Below are positions 29,105 through 38,810 of a DNA stretch of 64,000 nt, in pieces (the stretch's first letter is position 1; every line of letters begins with the position of its first letter). Source of the DNA: Blastocatellia bacterium (GTDB lineage Bacteria; Acidobacteriota; Blastocatellia; UBA7656); assembly GCA_963765495.1 (NCBI GenBank), contig CAVXWP010000001.1:896001-960000 (forward strand), written 5' to 3'. A model generated the notes under the pieces. It did not search any database. It saw only the letters and a list, made by a program, of their open reading frames with translations, and had not been told where the DNA came from. Both the position numbers and the translations under genes were made by a program.

Positions 29105-30508
29105 ATGTTGAAAACTACCCGCTCGCGTTCTTTCGTCGCTTTGCTTATCGCACTTTTTCTCGCTTTGTCCTCGGTTTCTGTAGCGGCGCAAAACAATCAA
29201 CGGGATTTCTCAAAAGAACCGGCGCGGTCTTCGCCTGATTGGGTGCCGTCGGGCGTTATCTACGAGATCAATACGCGCACCTTTTCGCCCGAAGGCAATT
29301 TCAACGGCGTCACCGCGCAACTCGACCGTTTGAAAAAGCTCGGCGTCACGATTCTCTGGCTCATGCCGATTCATACCGTAGGCCAGAAAAATAAGAAAGG
29401 CTCTATCGGCAGCCCCTACGCCGTGCAGGATTACTACGCGATAAACCCCGATTACGGTACAAAGGAAGACCTCAAGCGGCTGGTAGCCGAAACCCACAGG
29501 AGCGGCCTCAAGATCATCATCGACATAGTCGCAAACCACACGGCATGGGATTCTGTGATGATGAAAACGCCCGCCTTTTACACCCACGACGCGAGCGGAA
29601 AGATTGTCCCGCCCGTGCCGGATTGGGCCGATGTGGCCGACCTCAATTATGAAAATGCCGACCTGCGCCGCTACATGACGGACATGCTCAAATACTGGCT
29701 GAAGGAATTTGACCTGGACGGGTTCCGCTGCGATGTGGCCGGGTTTGTGCCTACGGATTTCTGGGATCAGGCGCGGGCGGAGCTTGAAAAGATAAAGCCC
29801 GACATCGTTATGCTTGCCGAATGGAACGAGCCTGACCTGATGGTCAAAGCCTTTGACCTCGACTATGCGTGGCCGTTTCACAGCGCGCTCACGCGAGTCA
29901 TCGAAAACGGAGCGCCCGCGACATCTCTGCGCGCCGTGTGGGAAGAGGAGCGCGCCCGTTTTCCTCGCGGCGCAATGCACATGCGTTTTTCGGATAATCA
30001 CGATGAGGAACGCGCCATCGCCAGATTCGGAGAGCGCGGCGCGCTTGCCGCGTCGTTTCTGGTCTTTACTATGGACGGCGTGCCGATGCTCTACAACGGC
30101 ATGGAGGTGGGCGACACTACGGAATCGGGCGCGCCCGCGCTTTTCGAGCGCCTGCCCGTCTTCTGGCAGATAGCTGAGCGCCGCCCGGAATTTCCTCGCT
30201 TTTACGATCAGATTATTGAGTTGCGGCGAAAGCACGCGGCCCTTCAGCAGGGCGAAACCGAATGGCTTCGCAATTCGGATGACTCGCGCGTATTGACTTA
30301 CACTCGCCGGGCGGGAAACGAGGAGTTTCTCGTGGCGGTCAATCTTTCGAGCCGCCCCTTCGTAGGTCTTGTCGAAGCGGCAGACGGAGCCGGATTCAAA
30401 GACGTGACTCCATTGCTTGACGATGCGCAAAAGCGCCCGGCAGTCAGTCTGCCCGCGCTTGCTCTTGACGGGTGGGATTTTCGCCTCTACACACGTTCAA
30501 TAAAATAG
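29105..30508 (+). CDS. Secreted GH13 alpha-amylase-family protein
   Basis: LWLMPIH, GSPYAVQDY, DIVANH, DGFRCDVA, MLAE and DNHDE motifs. Confidence 0.92.
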   Translation: MLKTTRSRSFVALLIALFLALSSVSVAAQNNQRDFSKEPARSSPDWVPSGVIYEINTRTFSPEGNFNGVTAQLDRLKKLGVTILWLMPIHTVGQKNKKGSIGSPYAVQDYYAINPDYGTKEDLKRLVAETHRSGLKIIIDIVANHTAWDSVMMKTPAFYTHDASGKIVPPVPDWADVADLNYENADLRRYMTDMLKYWLKEFDLDGFRCDVAGFVPTDFWDQARAELEKIKPDIVMLAEWNEPDLMVKAFDLDYAWPFHSALTRVIENGAPATSLRAVWEEERARFPRGAMHMRFSDNHDEERAIARFGERGALAASFLVFTMDGVPMLYNGMEVGDTTESGAPALFERLPVFWQIAERRPEFPRFYDQIIELRRKHAALQQGETEWLRNSDDSRVLTYTRRAGNEEFLVAVNLSSRPFVGLVEAADGAGFKDVTPLLDDAQKRPAVSLPALALDGWDFRLYTRSIK

Positions 30509-30580
30509 AAAGCAGAAGCATGAACAGGGCCGTTCAGTTTTTGAATTATGGGCAATATTCGTCAGGCATTTTTGCAGGTT

Positions 30581-30706
30581 AATTTGAACGAAAGGCGATT
30601 TGGAATAGGCCGCGGATGACGCGGATGCGGCGGATTTTCGCGGATCTGAACCTGATATGGTCTAATCCGTGTAAATCCGCCGCATCCGCGTCATCCGTGG
30701 CCTATT
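30581..30706. repeat. Nonamer-array hairpin element (family B), full copy
   Basis: Leader AATTTGAACGAAAGGCGA, then AATAGGCC(CGGATnnnn)x4 - loop - (ATCCG)x4 GGCCTATT. Confidence 0.88.
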
Positions 30707-30749
30707 TTCGATTTTCTTCTCTACATTTTGGGAAAACTGAATGGCCCTG

Positions 30750-30802
30750 AGGATGAAAGATCAATTTCATCCTTCATCTTTCATCTTTCATCTTTCATCC
30801 TT
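30750..30802. repeat. Heptamer array (TTCATCY)n with a short inverted arm
   Basis: AGGATGAAA...TTTCATCCTTCATCTTTCATCTTTCATCTTTCATCCTT. Confidence 0.75.
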
Positions 30803-30806
30803 TCTC

Positions 30807-31628
30807 TTACCACGTCCAGGTGACGCTGTAGATTTGCGCCAGTTCATTCAGGTGATTGCGCAAGCTGGCCCAATCGTTTTGCGCCTGCACGCTCAAGGGG
30901 TGGCGATTCATGAATACATTTATTCTGGCCGCCCGGTTGAGGACCGATTCTACGGTGCCCGTAGCCGCGTCTCTATCATCGAAACGATCTTTTAATTGAT
31001 CGGTCGCGGCTTCAAAGTCTTTTACAAACTGGTTGATGTCGTCTTCGCGGTTTGTGCCGTCGAGACGGCTGCGGTCGAGCGCGCTGTCCAGACTGTTGCG
31101 GAAATGGTCGGACTCTTCTTCAATGGCTCCGAGCAGGTTTTTTACGCGGTCCTGGCTCACGCGATATGGATGGTTGGTAACCCCGGTCCACGTCCAGCCT
31201 ACGTTATAAGCCTGCGCCAGTACGTCGAGATTTGCGCGCACTCTCATCCAATCCTGTCTGGTACGTTCGTTCACCGGATGAGTTATGACGAAATTGTCTA
31301 CGCTTGCTGCGCGCCTCAGAACTTCTTCTACGTTACCGGCTGCCGAGTTGTTTTCATCGAAGCGATCTTTCAGGCGATCAGTCGCCTGCGCGAAGTCCTT
31401 CATGAACTGATTTATGTTGTCTTCGGTCTGTGTTCCGTCAAGGCGAGAGTGATCAAGCGAATGATCGAGATCTTTGCGAAACATGTCTGCGTCTCTCTCA
31501 ATCCTTTGCAACAAATTCTTTAATTCCTTTTCGGTCATGCGGTGCGCGTATTGCGCTTGAACGCTTGTGAAACACCCTATGATCGAGAAGACTGCTACGA
31601 TGGCTATCAAATTCCTTACCTTTTTCAT
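30807..31628 (-). CDS. Secreted hypothetical protein made of two tandem ~115-aa helical repeats
   Basis: GGAGGG RBS and signal peptide (VQA-Q). Both halves share SRLDGT..ED.INQF.KDF..ATD.LKDRFD...LAQ.Y.V.WTW. Confidence 0.85.
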   Translation of the reverse strand: MKKVRNLIAIVAVFSIIGCFTSVQAQYAHRMTEKELKNLLQRIERDADMFRKDLDHSLDHSRLDGTQTEDNINQFMKDFAQATDRLKDRFDENNSAAGNVEEVLRRAASVDNFVITHPVNERTRQDWMRVRANLDVLAQAYNVGWTWTGVTNHPYRVSQDRVKNLLGAIEEESDHFRNSLDSALDRSRLDGTNREDDINQFVKDFEAATDQLKDRFDDRDAATGTVESVLNRAARINVFMNRHPLSVQAQNDWASLRNHLNELAQIYSVTWTW

Positions 31629-31723
31629 TTTACCCTCCTGTTCGATTATCAAAGCCTTTATGCCGTATGGATACATAGTCTGTATGGTTAGGCTGCATCC
31701 GAAGTATCTCTACCCGTAAAGCT

Positions 31724-31738
31724 GCAACCACCGTGCCA
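31724..31738 (-). promoter_or_regulatory. sigma54 promoter for the 30807-31628 gene
   Basis: Minus strand TGGCACGGTGGTTGC is an exact TGGCACG-N4-TTGC match about 96 nt upstream of the ATG. Confidence 0.8.
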
Positions 31739-31947
31739 GTACCGTGGGTGAGCCGCTCATTCCTGTTCAGGCTTGGTTCGTCACTTTATATGAACGGTTG
31801 GTTCCAAATCCGATGACAGGCGTTGTCGATCCTTGTAGACTGTACGGTGGCCGGTACTGCCCTCTGGAAAGCCAGTTGAACCGGCCTTGCAGGCAAAATC
31901 AATCAACATTTCGGCCCTGTGTCGTTACGTCCGGCAGGATAGATCAG

Positions 31948-34356
31948 ATGGAAATCATGAGAGATTCTTTTACCCGAAAGATAATATTTGTCCTCGCGCT
32001 TGCCTTGTCGTTTGCCTCTACCGCGCTTGCGCAGACGGACGGGGGCAGCGCGCTGAAAGAGTCGGCAAAGGAATCGAAGACCGCTCGGGAAGGCTCGAAG
32101 CCGCAAGATGTCAATCTGGATGCGAGCGCCGCGCCCCGGCGGATCGTCACCGATTCGACCTTGCCCGTCGATATTCCTCGCGTAGAGCATCCGCCTGATC
32201 TTGAAGACTTCCTCGGCATGAAGCCGAGCGGCGAGATTCAGGAGCGTATGGCAAAGGTTGAAGGCTTCACACAACAGATACCGAAAGACGGAGAACCCGC
32301 AAGCCAGCGCACCGATGTCTATCTCTGCTACGATGACAAGAACCTGTATGTGGTTTTTGTCGCTTTTGATTCCAGCCCCGATCAGATACGCGCTCGAATG
32401 ACCCGGCGCGAAGATGCCTTTGCCGATGATTTTGTGGAGATGACAATTGACACTTTCCACGATCACAGACGCGGTTATGTTTTCTGGTCGAACCCGCTCG
32501 GCGTGCAGGCCGAAGGGTTATGGACCGAGGATACGGGCAATCCTGATTTTTCTTACGATACGCTGTGGTACACGCGGGGCAAGCGCACCGATCAGGGGTA
32601 TGTGGTCTGGATGGCGATCCCTTTCAAGAGCCTGCGTTTTTCATCAAACTCCGAGCAGACGTGGGGCATAGTCCTTCTGCGCCAGATTCCCAGAGTAAAC
32701 GAATGGTCATACTGGCCCAGAGTTTCCAGCCGCGTGCAGGGTCGGTTGAGTCAGGCGGCCAACGTCACGGGGTTTAACAAAATCTCGCCCGGGCGCAATA
32801 TTCAATTTATTCCTTACGCGGCTTTCAACTCCTATCGGGCGCTCGACACACGCGATCCAAACCTCCCGCGCTTTATTCACGACCCGGCGAATTTCGACGC
32901 GGGGCTGGATGCGAAGTTTGTGCTAAAAGACAAACTGGTTGTAGACGTGGCCGTAAATCCCGATTTTTCTCAGGTCGAATCCGACGAGCCGCAGGTGACA
33001 GTAAATCAGCGATTCGAAGTCTTCTTCCCCGAAAAAAGGCCGTTTTTCCTTGAGAATTCCGACTTTTTTCAAACCCCGATGAATCTGGTCTTCACACGTC
33101 GCATTGCCGATCCGCAACTCGGCGTGCGGCTTACGGGGAAGGTCGGGCCTTACTCAATCGGAGCCTTGTTGATAGACGATCAGTCGCCGGGTCGGAGAGT
33201 GCCCGACACCGATCCTCTGGCCAACAAGCGCGCGGGCTTTGGCATTGTCAGACTGAGTCGCGACATATTCAAGCAATCGAACATCGGAGTGATCTACACC
33301 GACCGGGAGTTTCAGGACAGCCATAACCGCGTAGGCGGGGTGGACGGGCGATTGAAGTTGAGCGACAACTGGGTAGCGCGGTTTCAGGGTGTGACCAGTT
33401 CTACGAATTTTCTGGACGGCAGCCATCTGGCTGGCCCCGCCTACTACGCCGATTTGAGCAAGACCGGGAGGCAGTTGAATTACTTTGGCTCGTACACGGA
33501 TTTCAGCCCTGGCTTTTTCACTCAGACCGGGTTTGTGCCTCGGACCGACATCCGTAACACCTCGCATACCCTGAGCTATCGTTTCCGCCCGGAAGGTAAA
33601 TATCTGATCTCGTGGGGGCCGAATATTCATTACGACCGGACGTGGGACCACAGCGGCACGCGGCTCGACTGGACTCAGTCAAACAATATGAGATGGGAGT
33701 TTACGGGTCAGACATACGCCGGATTCTTTTTCGTTACGAACCGCGAACGGTTGCGGCCCGAAGATTATTCTATCTTGAAAGAGGATCGGGATTTTGCGAG
33801 TGAGGTCAAGGGGATATTTTTCGACACGAGCTATTTCAAACAGGTCAGTTTCGGCGGAGAATACACCCGATGGGCCGGGATAAACTTTGTCCCCCCGGAG
33901 GGGCGCGAGCCGTTTCTTGGCGACCGCAGTTCGGGAAATGTCTATTTGACGGTGCGCCCGACAACATCTTTGCTCATAGCCAACACCTATATCTTTTCGC
34001 GACTGCTCGACCGTGAGACCGGCGCAAATATCTTCAACAACCACATACTGCGTTCGAAGTGGAATTATCAATTCAACCGCGAGCTTGCCCTCAGATTCAT
34101 AGCGCAGTACAACACGGTGCTTGCAAACCCGGACCTGACCGCGCTTGAGACTACAAAGAATTTCAATGTCGATTTTCTAGTCTCTTACCAGTTGAATGCG
34201 TGGACCGCCTTGTTTGTAGGCTATAACAGCAACCGGCAAAACCTCGACATAGTGAATCTGCCGGGCGGCGGGGCGGAACTCATTCGCCCGCGCGACCGCC
34301 TGATAAACGACGGCCGTCAGTTTTTTGTGAAATTCTCTTATCTGTTTCGGTTCTGA
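31948..34356 (+). CDS. CBM9-like/DUF5916 outer-membrane protein
   Basis: Signal peptide, YDDKNLYV, IPFKSLRF, NPDFSQVESD, FFPEKRPFFLEN, and C-terminal aromatic VKFSYLFRF. Confidence 0.85.
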   Translation: MEIMRDSFTRKIIFVLALALSFASTALAQTDGGSALKESAKESKTAREGSKPQDVNLDASAAPRRIVTDSTLPVDIPRVEHPPDLEDFLGMKPSGEIQERMAKVEGFTQQIPKDGEPASQRTDVYLCYDDKNLYVVFVAFDSSPDQIRARMTRREDAFADDFVEMTIDTFHDHRRGYVFWSNPLGVQAEGLWTEDTGNPDFSYDTLWYTRGKRTDQGYVVWMAIPFKSLRFSSNSEQTWGIVLLRQIPRVNEWSYWPRVSSRVQGRLSQAANVTGFNKISPGRNIQFIPYAAFNSYRALDTRDPNLPRFIHDPANFDAGLDAKFVLKDKLVVDVAVNPDFSQVESDEPQVTVNQRFEVFFPEKRPFFLENSDFFQTPMNLVFTRRIADPQLGVRLTGKVGPYSIGALLIDDQSPGRRVPDTDPLANKRAGFGIVRLSRDIFKQSNIGVIYTDREFQDSHNRVGGVDGRLKLSDNWVARFQGVTSSTNFLDGSHLAGPAYYADLSKTGRQLNYFGSYTDFSPGFFTQTGFVPRTDIRNTSHTLSYRFRPEGKYLISWGPNIHYDRTWDHSGTRLDWTQSNNMRWEFTGQTYAGFFFVTNRERLRPEDYSILKEDRDFASEVKGIFFDTSYFKQVSFGGEYTRWAGINFVPPEGREPFLGDRSSGNVYLTVRPTTSLLIANTYIFSRLLDRETGANIFNNHILRSKWNYQFNRELALRFIAQYNTVLANPDLTALETTKNFNVDFLVSYQLNAWTALFVGYNSNRQNLDIVNLPGGGAELIRPRDRLINDGRQFFVKFSYLFRF

Positions 34357-34387
34357 TGTGAATTGCGCCGCTCAAAAAATGGAAATT

Positions 34388-34432
34388 GAAATAGACCGGG
34401 ACGGACGCGGATCGGGCGGATTTTCGCGGATC
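34388..34432. repeat. Family-B half element
   Basis: GAAATAGACC...GACGCGGATCGGGCGGATTTTCGCGGATC; left arm only. Confidence 0.7.
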
Positions 34433-34438
34433 GGATTC

Positions 34439-34798
34439 TTAATTTGTCGGTAGTTGACTTGAGGAATAAAGCTGGTCGGTTTTTGCCGCCATTATGAAAT
34501 CGTTGCGGTGAAGACCTTTTATCTTATGAGTCCACCAGGTGACGGTTACCTTGCCCCACTCGGTCAGGATGGCCGGATGATGGCCTTCCATTTCTGCGGC
34601 TTCGCCTACGCGATTTGTGAATTGAAGGGCCTCGGCGAAATTCTGGAATTTGAAGACTCGCTCAAGCTGTTTGATTTCGTTTCGCTCGACTATCTGCCAG
34701 TCGGCCACTTGCGGGTGCAACTCTTCGATCTCTTCTTCGGTGACTCTGGGCGCGTCCCTGCGACAGGCGACGCATTTCATCTGTGACAATTCTTCCAT
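34439..34798 (-). CDS. phhB: Pterin-4-alpha-carbinolamine dehydratase
   Basis: [37 protein letters not shown]. Confidence 0.93.
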   Translation of the reverse strand: MEELSQMKCVACRRDAPRVTEEEIEELHPQVADWQIVERNEIKQLERVFKFQNFAEALQFTNRVGEAAEMEGHHPAILTEWGKVTVTWWTHKIKGLHRNDFIMAAKTDQLYSSSQLPTN

Positions 34799-34799
34799 C

Positions 34800-35309
34800 T
34801 CAGATTCTATTCGCGGTCCGACCGGAGGTTCCGGCCATCTCTGCGTTCGAGTCGGTTATCTGTACCAGCCCGTTTATTTGATTGATCATCTCTTCTTCGT
34901 TGAGCAGCAGGTCTTTCAGCGTAGTCTGGCTCAAGACCTGATCTACGGCTATCTGCACGGCTCGCCATAGCGAGCGGATAGAGCAATCCGTCGAGTGAGT
35001 GCACGATTTTTCGCTGCCCGAATAGCGGGTGCAGAACCCGCTTTCAAACAGAGGCCCGCCCAGCACGCTCAACGTCTCGCTCACGGTAATCTGATCGGCC
35101 GGGCGAGCAAGCGTATAGCCACCGGCCTGACCGCGCGTGCTCGTTACGAGATCGCCCTGTCTGAGAATGCGCATGATCTTGGCCACATATTCCGGGGTCA
35201 GCCCTTCGGCGCGGCTGATCTCCGGGATGGTCATGCTTGCGTCTTCTCCGAGCCTCGCAATTTGCAACAGGCAACGGAGTCCATATTCATCCTGAGCACC
35301 GAGTTTCAT
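34800..35309 (-). CDS. Rrf2-family transcriptional regulator (IscR-like, three Cys)
   Basis: [27 protein letters not shown] and C-x8-C-x5-C. Confidence 0.9.
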   Translation of the reverse strand: MKLGAQDEYGLRCLLQIARLGEDASMTIPEISRAEGLTPEYVAKIMRILRQGDLVTSTRGQAGGYTLARPADQITVSETLSVLGGPLFESGFCTRYSGSEKSCTHSTDCSIRSLWRAVQIAVDQVLSQTTLKDLLLNEEEMINQINGLVQITDSNAEMAGTSGRTANRI

Positions 35310-35330
35310 ATTCCTGACCTCCGGCTACGC

Positions 35331-35431
35331 GATTCGTAACTCGTGATTCGTGATTCGTGACCGTCAGGCAGATAGCCTGTTAAAGATAGTTTTCAAGTCT
35401 GGTAAATCACGAATCACGAGTTACGAATCAC
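35331..35431. repeat. Heptamer-array hairpin element (family A)
   Basis: Perfect 25-bp inverted arms GATTCGTAACTCGTGATTCGTGATT / AATCACGAATCACGAGTTACGAATC; core TCAGGCAGATAGCCTGTTAAAGATAG. Confidence 0.88.
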
Positions 35432-35435
35432 TCAA

Positions 35436-35738
35436 CTACATCATGCCAAGCTGGAGCCTGGCCGCTTCAGTCATCTTGTCCGTGCACCAGGGGGGATCCC
35501 ATACCAGTTCGACGCTTACGTCGCTGACTCCGGGTATGGCCTGTATTCTTGACTCCACTTCGGTGGGCAACGATCCGGCTACCGGACAGTTGGGCGCAGT
35601 GAGAGTCATCTTTATATCTACCTTGCCCGCAGGTTCTACGTTGATGTCGTAGATCAATCCCAGATCATAAATATTGACTGGAATCTCCGGGTCAAAGACC
35701 GTCGAAAGCGCTTCAATGACCTGTGCTTCTAAAACCAT
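35436..35738 (-). CDS. sufT: Fe-S assembly protein, DUF59/SufT type
   Basis: DPEIPVNIYDLGLIY, TLTAPNCP and LVWDPPW. Confidence 0.88.
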   Translation of the reverse strand: MVLEAQVIEALSTVFDPEIPVNIYDLGLIYDINVEPAGKVDIKMTLTAPNCPVAGSLPTEVESRIQAIPGVSDVSVELVWDPPWCTDKMTEAARLQLGMM

Positions 35739-35746
35739 CTCGCTCC

Positions 35747-36199
35747 TTATTCCGTCGATACGACTTCATCGTTCCCCTTGAGCGTGGAAAGCAATGTGTG
35801 CCACGCTAAGGTAGCGCACTTGACGCGCGTCGGATATTCGCTGACGCCTGAAAAGACGGCCAGCTTGCCGAGCTTGGCAGTCTCTGCAACTACCATCGGG
35901 TCTCCGGTCACTAGATCATGAAATCGCTCGAAGATCGCTTCGACTTCCTCGCGCGATTTGCCTTTGAGGCTTTCAGTCATCAGCGAAGCCGAAGCCGTCG
36001 AGATAGCGCATCCCGCTCCCTTGAAACTTATATCGGCGACTTTGCCATCTTCCATCTTCATGTAGATAGTCACCCTGTCGCCGCAAAGCGGATTATATCC
36101 TTCGGCCTTGCGCGTGGCATCTTCCATCACGTGAAAATTGCGTGGCTTCCTTGTGTGGTCAAGAATGACCTCCTGATAAAGGTCTTGCACGTCAGACAT
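35747..36199 (-). CDS. sufU: SUF system NifU-like sulfur-transfer protein
   Basis: LYQEVILDH, NPLCGD, GCAISTASAS and RVKCATLAW. Confidence 0.95.
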   Translation of the reverse strand: MSDVQDLYQEVILDHTRKPRNFHVMEDATRKAEGYNPLCGDRVTIYMKMEDGKVADISFKGAGCAISTASASLMTESLKGKSREEVEAIFERFHDLVTGDPMVVAETAKLGKLAVFSGVSEYPTRVKCATLAWHTLLSTLKGNDEVVSTE

Positions 36200-37470
36200 T
36201 AATCGAAGACCTCCTTGACCTTCTTTATCCCGGCTACGAGCGCGTCTATCTCTTCGGCTGTGTTGTAAAGCGCAAGCGATGCGCGCGTGGTCGCGGGCAC
36301 ATTGAAACGGTCCATAACGGGTTGCGCGCAGTGGTGGCCCGTGCGCACGGCAATCCCTTCGCGGTCGAGTATCGTGCCTACGTCGTGCGGATGCACGCCT
36401 TCGATGACGAATGAAAGCACGCTGGCTTTCTCTTTTGCCGTGCCGATTAAGCGCACTCCCGGAATGTCGGAGAGCGCAGTCGTGCCATAGGCAAGCAACT
36501 CGTGCTCGTAAGCGGCTATGTTATCCATCCCGATATCGTTCAAATAATCAATCGCGGCTCCAAGCCCGATGGCTCCCGCGATGTTTGGCGTGCCTGCTTC
36601 GAACTTGAACGGGATGGTGTTGTATTCGGTCTTTTCAAACGTGACCGATCTGATCATATCGCCGCCGCCCTGATAAGGACGCATGGTTTCAAGCAGTTCG
36701 GCCTTACCGTAAAGCACGCCCTCGCCGGTCGGCCCAAACATCTTGTGGCTTGAGAATGTATAGAAATCGGCGTCCAGTTCCCGCACGTCCACTTTTGTGT
36801 GCGGCACCGCCTGCGCGCCGTCGATGAGCACGCGAATGCCGCGCGCGTGCGCCATTTCGATTATTCGCTTGACGGGGTTGATCGTGCCGAGCGCGTTGGA
36901 AATATGAGCAAGCGATACAAGTCTGGTCCTGTCGTTTAAGAGACGCTCGAACTCGTCGAGCATAAGCTCGCCATCATCGTTGATGGGAGCCACGCGCAAA
37001 CGCGCGCCCGTCTCTTCGGTCAGCAGTTGCCAGGGCACTATGTTGGAGTGATGCTCCATCGCGGTGATCAGGATTTCATCGCCCGCCTGGATCAGGGGGC
37101 GGCAATAACTGCTCGCCACAAGGTTGATGCCTTCGGTCGTGCCGCGCACATAGACGATCTCTCTCGACTCTTTCGCGCCTATGAATCGCGCCGCCTTTAT
37201 GCGCGCATCTTCATACGCTCTGGTAGCCCGCTCGCTCAATTGATGCACGCCGCGATGAATATTCGAGTTGTCGGTCGTGTAGTAATTGACAAGCGCATCA
37301 ATAACCGATTGCGGTTTCTGGCTCGATGCCGCGTTGTCCAGATAGATCAGGTCGTGCCCGTAAATCTTCTGTTTCAGGATTGGAAAGTCTTCCCTGATCT
37401 TCCAAACATCGAACGAGAGTTGCGATGCTTCATCGGCTTGAGAAATAAGAACGTTTCCGGTTGCAGTCAT
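36199..37470 (-). CDS. sufS: Cysteine desulfurase
   Basis: YLDNAASSQKP, SSHKMFGPTG and RTGHHCAQP. Confidence 0.96.
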   Translation of the reverse strand: MTATGNVLISQADEASQLSFDVWKIREDFPILKQKIYGHDLIYLDNAASSQKPQSVIDALVNYYTTDNSNIHRGVHQLSERATRAYEDARIKAARFIGAKESREIVYVRGTTEGINLVASSYCRPLIQAGDEILITAMEHHSNIVPWQLLTEETGARLRVAPINDDGELMLDEFERLLNDRTRLVSLAHISNALGTINPVKRIIEMAHARGIRVLIDGAQAVPHTKVDVRELDADFYTFSSHKMFGPTGEGVLYGKAELLETMRPYQGGGDMIRSVTFEKTEYNTIPFKFEAGTPNIAGAIGLGAAIDYLNDIGMDNIAAYEHELLAYGTTALSDIPGVRLIGTAKEKASVLSFVIEGVHPHDVGTILDREGIAVRTGHHCAQPVMDRFNVPATTRASLALYNTAEEIDALVAGIKKVKEVFD

Positions 37471-38810
37471 AGGTTCTCCTTGAAATCAAGTCGCGTGGAC
37501 AAGGCTGCTTCTATCCGCGCGCGGACCTGCTCAGACTTCATGCGCCCGAGTATGTCGTGTGCAAATGCGGCGGTCAGCATGGTGTAGGCCATCTGCTCGC
37601 CGATGCCGCGCGAGCGCAGATAAAAAATGGCCTCGCGGTCCATTTGACCTATCGTAGCCCCGTGCGTGCATTTAACGTCGTCGGCGTAAATTTCAAGCTG
37701 CGGCTTTGTGTTTATCACTGCCTCATCCGACAGCAAAAGGTTCTTGTTGGTCTGGCTGGAATCGGTCTTCTGCGCGTCCTTGCGGACGATGACCGCGCCG
37801 TTAAAGACGGCCGTAGATTTTCCGTCAAGTATGCCTTTGTAAAGCTCGCGGCTCGTGCAGTGAGCCATCGCGTGATCTACGATTGTGTGGTTGTCTATGT
37901 GCTGGCGACCCGCCGTCACATAAAGCCCGTTGAGCGAGCAATCGGCTCCTTCGCCGTCAAGCGTTGTGTTCAGGTCGTTGCGGACCAGCGCGCCGCCAAG
38001 CGATATGGAATGTGAACGCAGGGTGCTTGTGCGCGCCTGATGTACCTGAATGGTGGCGATGTGAAAAGCCTGATCGCTTTCCTGCTGCATCTTGTAATGC
38101 TCGATCACGGCGTTTTCGCCCGCTATTATTTCAGTCACCGCGTTTGTGAAATAGAGGTTGTCCGCAACCGAGATGTAATCCTCTATGATCGTCGCCTGGC
38201 TTTCACGATTCGCCAGGATCAGGGTGCGCGGGTGAGAAATCGTCGCCTGCTCGCTCGGGGTCGAAACATACAGGATGTGAATCGGCTTTTCGACGATCAA
38301 GCCTCTGGGAATTTCGATAAAAGCGCCGTCTTCGATAAAAGCCGTGTTTAGCGCGACAAAAGCCTGCTCGTCATATCTTGCGTAACGCGACAGGTGCGCT
38401 CTCACGGCAGGGTTTTCATCTCTGATGGCTGCGTGAAGGCTTGTGACAATTAACCTATCTGCCGCCGCATCTTCGGGCGTTAAAAGCGAAGAAAGTTTCT
38501 CGCTGTAACGCCCGTTGACAAAGACCAGCCGGATTGAGTCAAGGTCTGCAAGCGGCGAGCGCTTGAGGTCTTCCGCCGTCACGTTATCCGAAGCCGCACT
38601 GCTCGGATGAAAGTCGGTTCTCGCAATCGCCGCCACGCTTGTGTACTTCCACTCTTCCATTCGAGTGGTTGGGAACCCGAGTTCGGCGAATCTTCGGATC
38701 GCGTCCTTGCGGATCGGGTGAAGCCACGACTCAGTGGTGTCGGCGGCTCTTTCCAGCGCCTCAAATCTCGACAGGTAAGCGTTTTGTGTCTCTTTTGCTC
38801 CGGTAATCAA
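37467..38810 (-). CDS. sufD: Fe-S cluster assembly protein SufD
   Basis: FPTTRMEEWKYT, KPQLEIYADDVKCTHGATIG and FYLRSRG. TTG start at 38810 overlaps the sufC stop and follows AAGGAG. Confidence 0.93.
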   Translation of the reverse strand: MITGAKETQNAYLSRFEALERAADTTESWLHPIRKDAIRRFAELGFPTTRMEEWKYTSVAAIARTDFHPSSAASDNVTAEDLKRSPLADLDSIRLVFVNGRYSEKLSSLLTPEDAAADRLIVTSLHAAIRDENPAVRAHLSRYARYDEQAFVALNTAFIEDGAFIEIPRGLIVEKPIHILYVSTPSEQATISHPRTLILANRESQATIIEDYISVADNLYFTNAVTEIIAGENAVIEHYKMQQESDQAFHIATIQVHQARTSTLRSHSISLGGALVRNDLNTTLDGEGADCSLNGLYVTAGRQHIDNHTIVDHAMAHCTSRELYKGILDGKSTAVFNGAVIVRKDAQKTDSSQTNKNLLLSDEAVINTKPQLEIYADDVKCTHGATIGQMDREAIFYLRSRGIGEQMAYTMLTAAFAHDILGRMKSEQVRARIEAALSTRLDFKENL

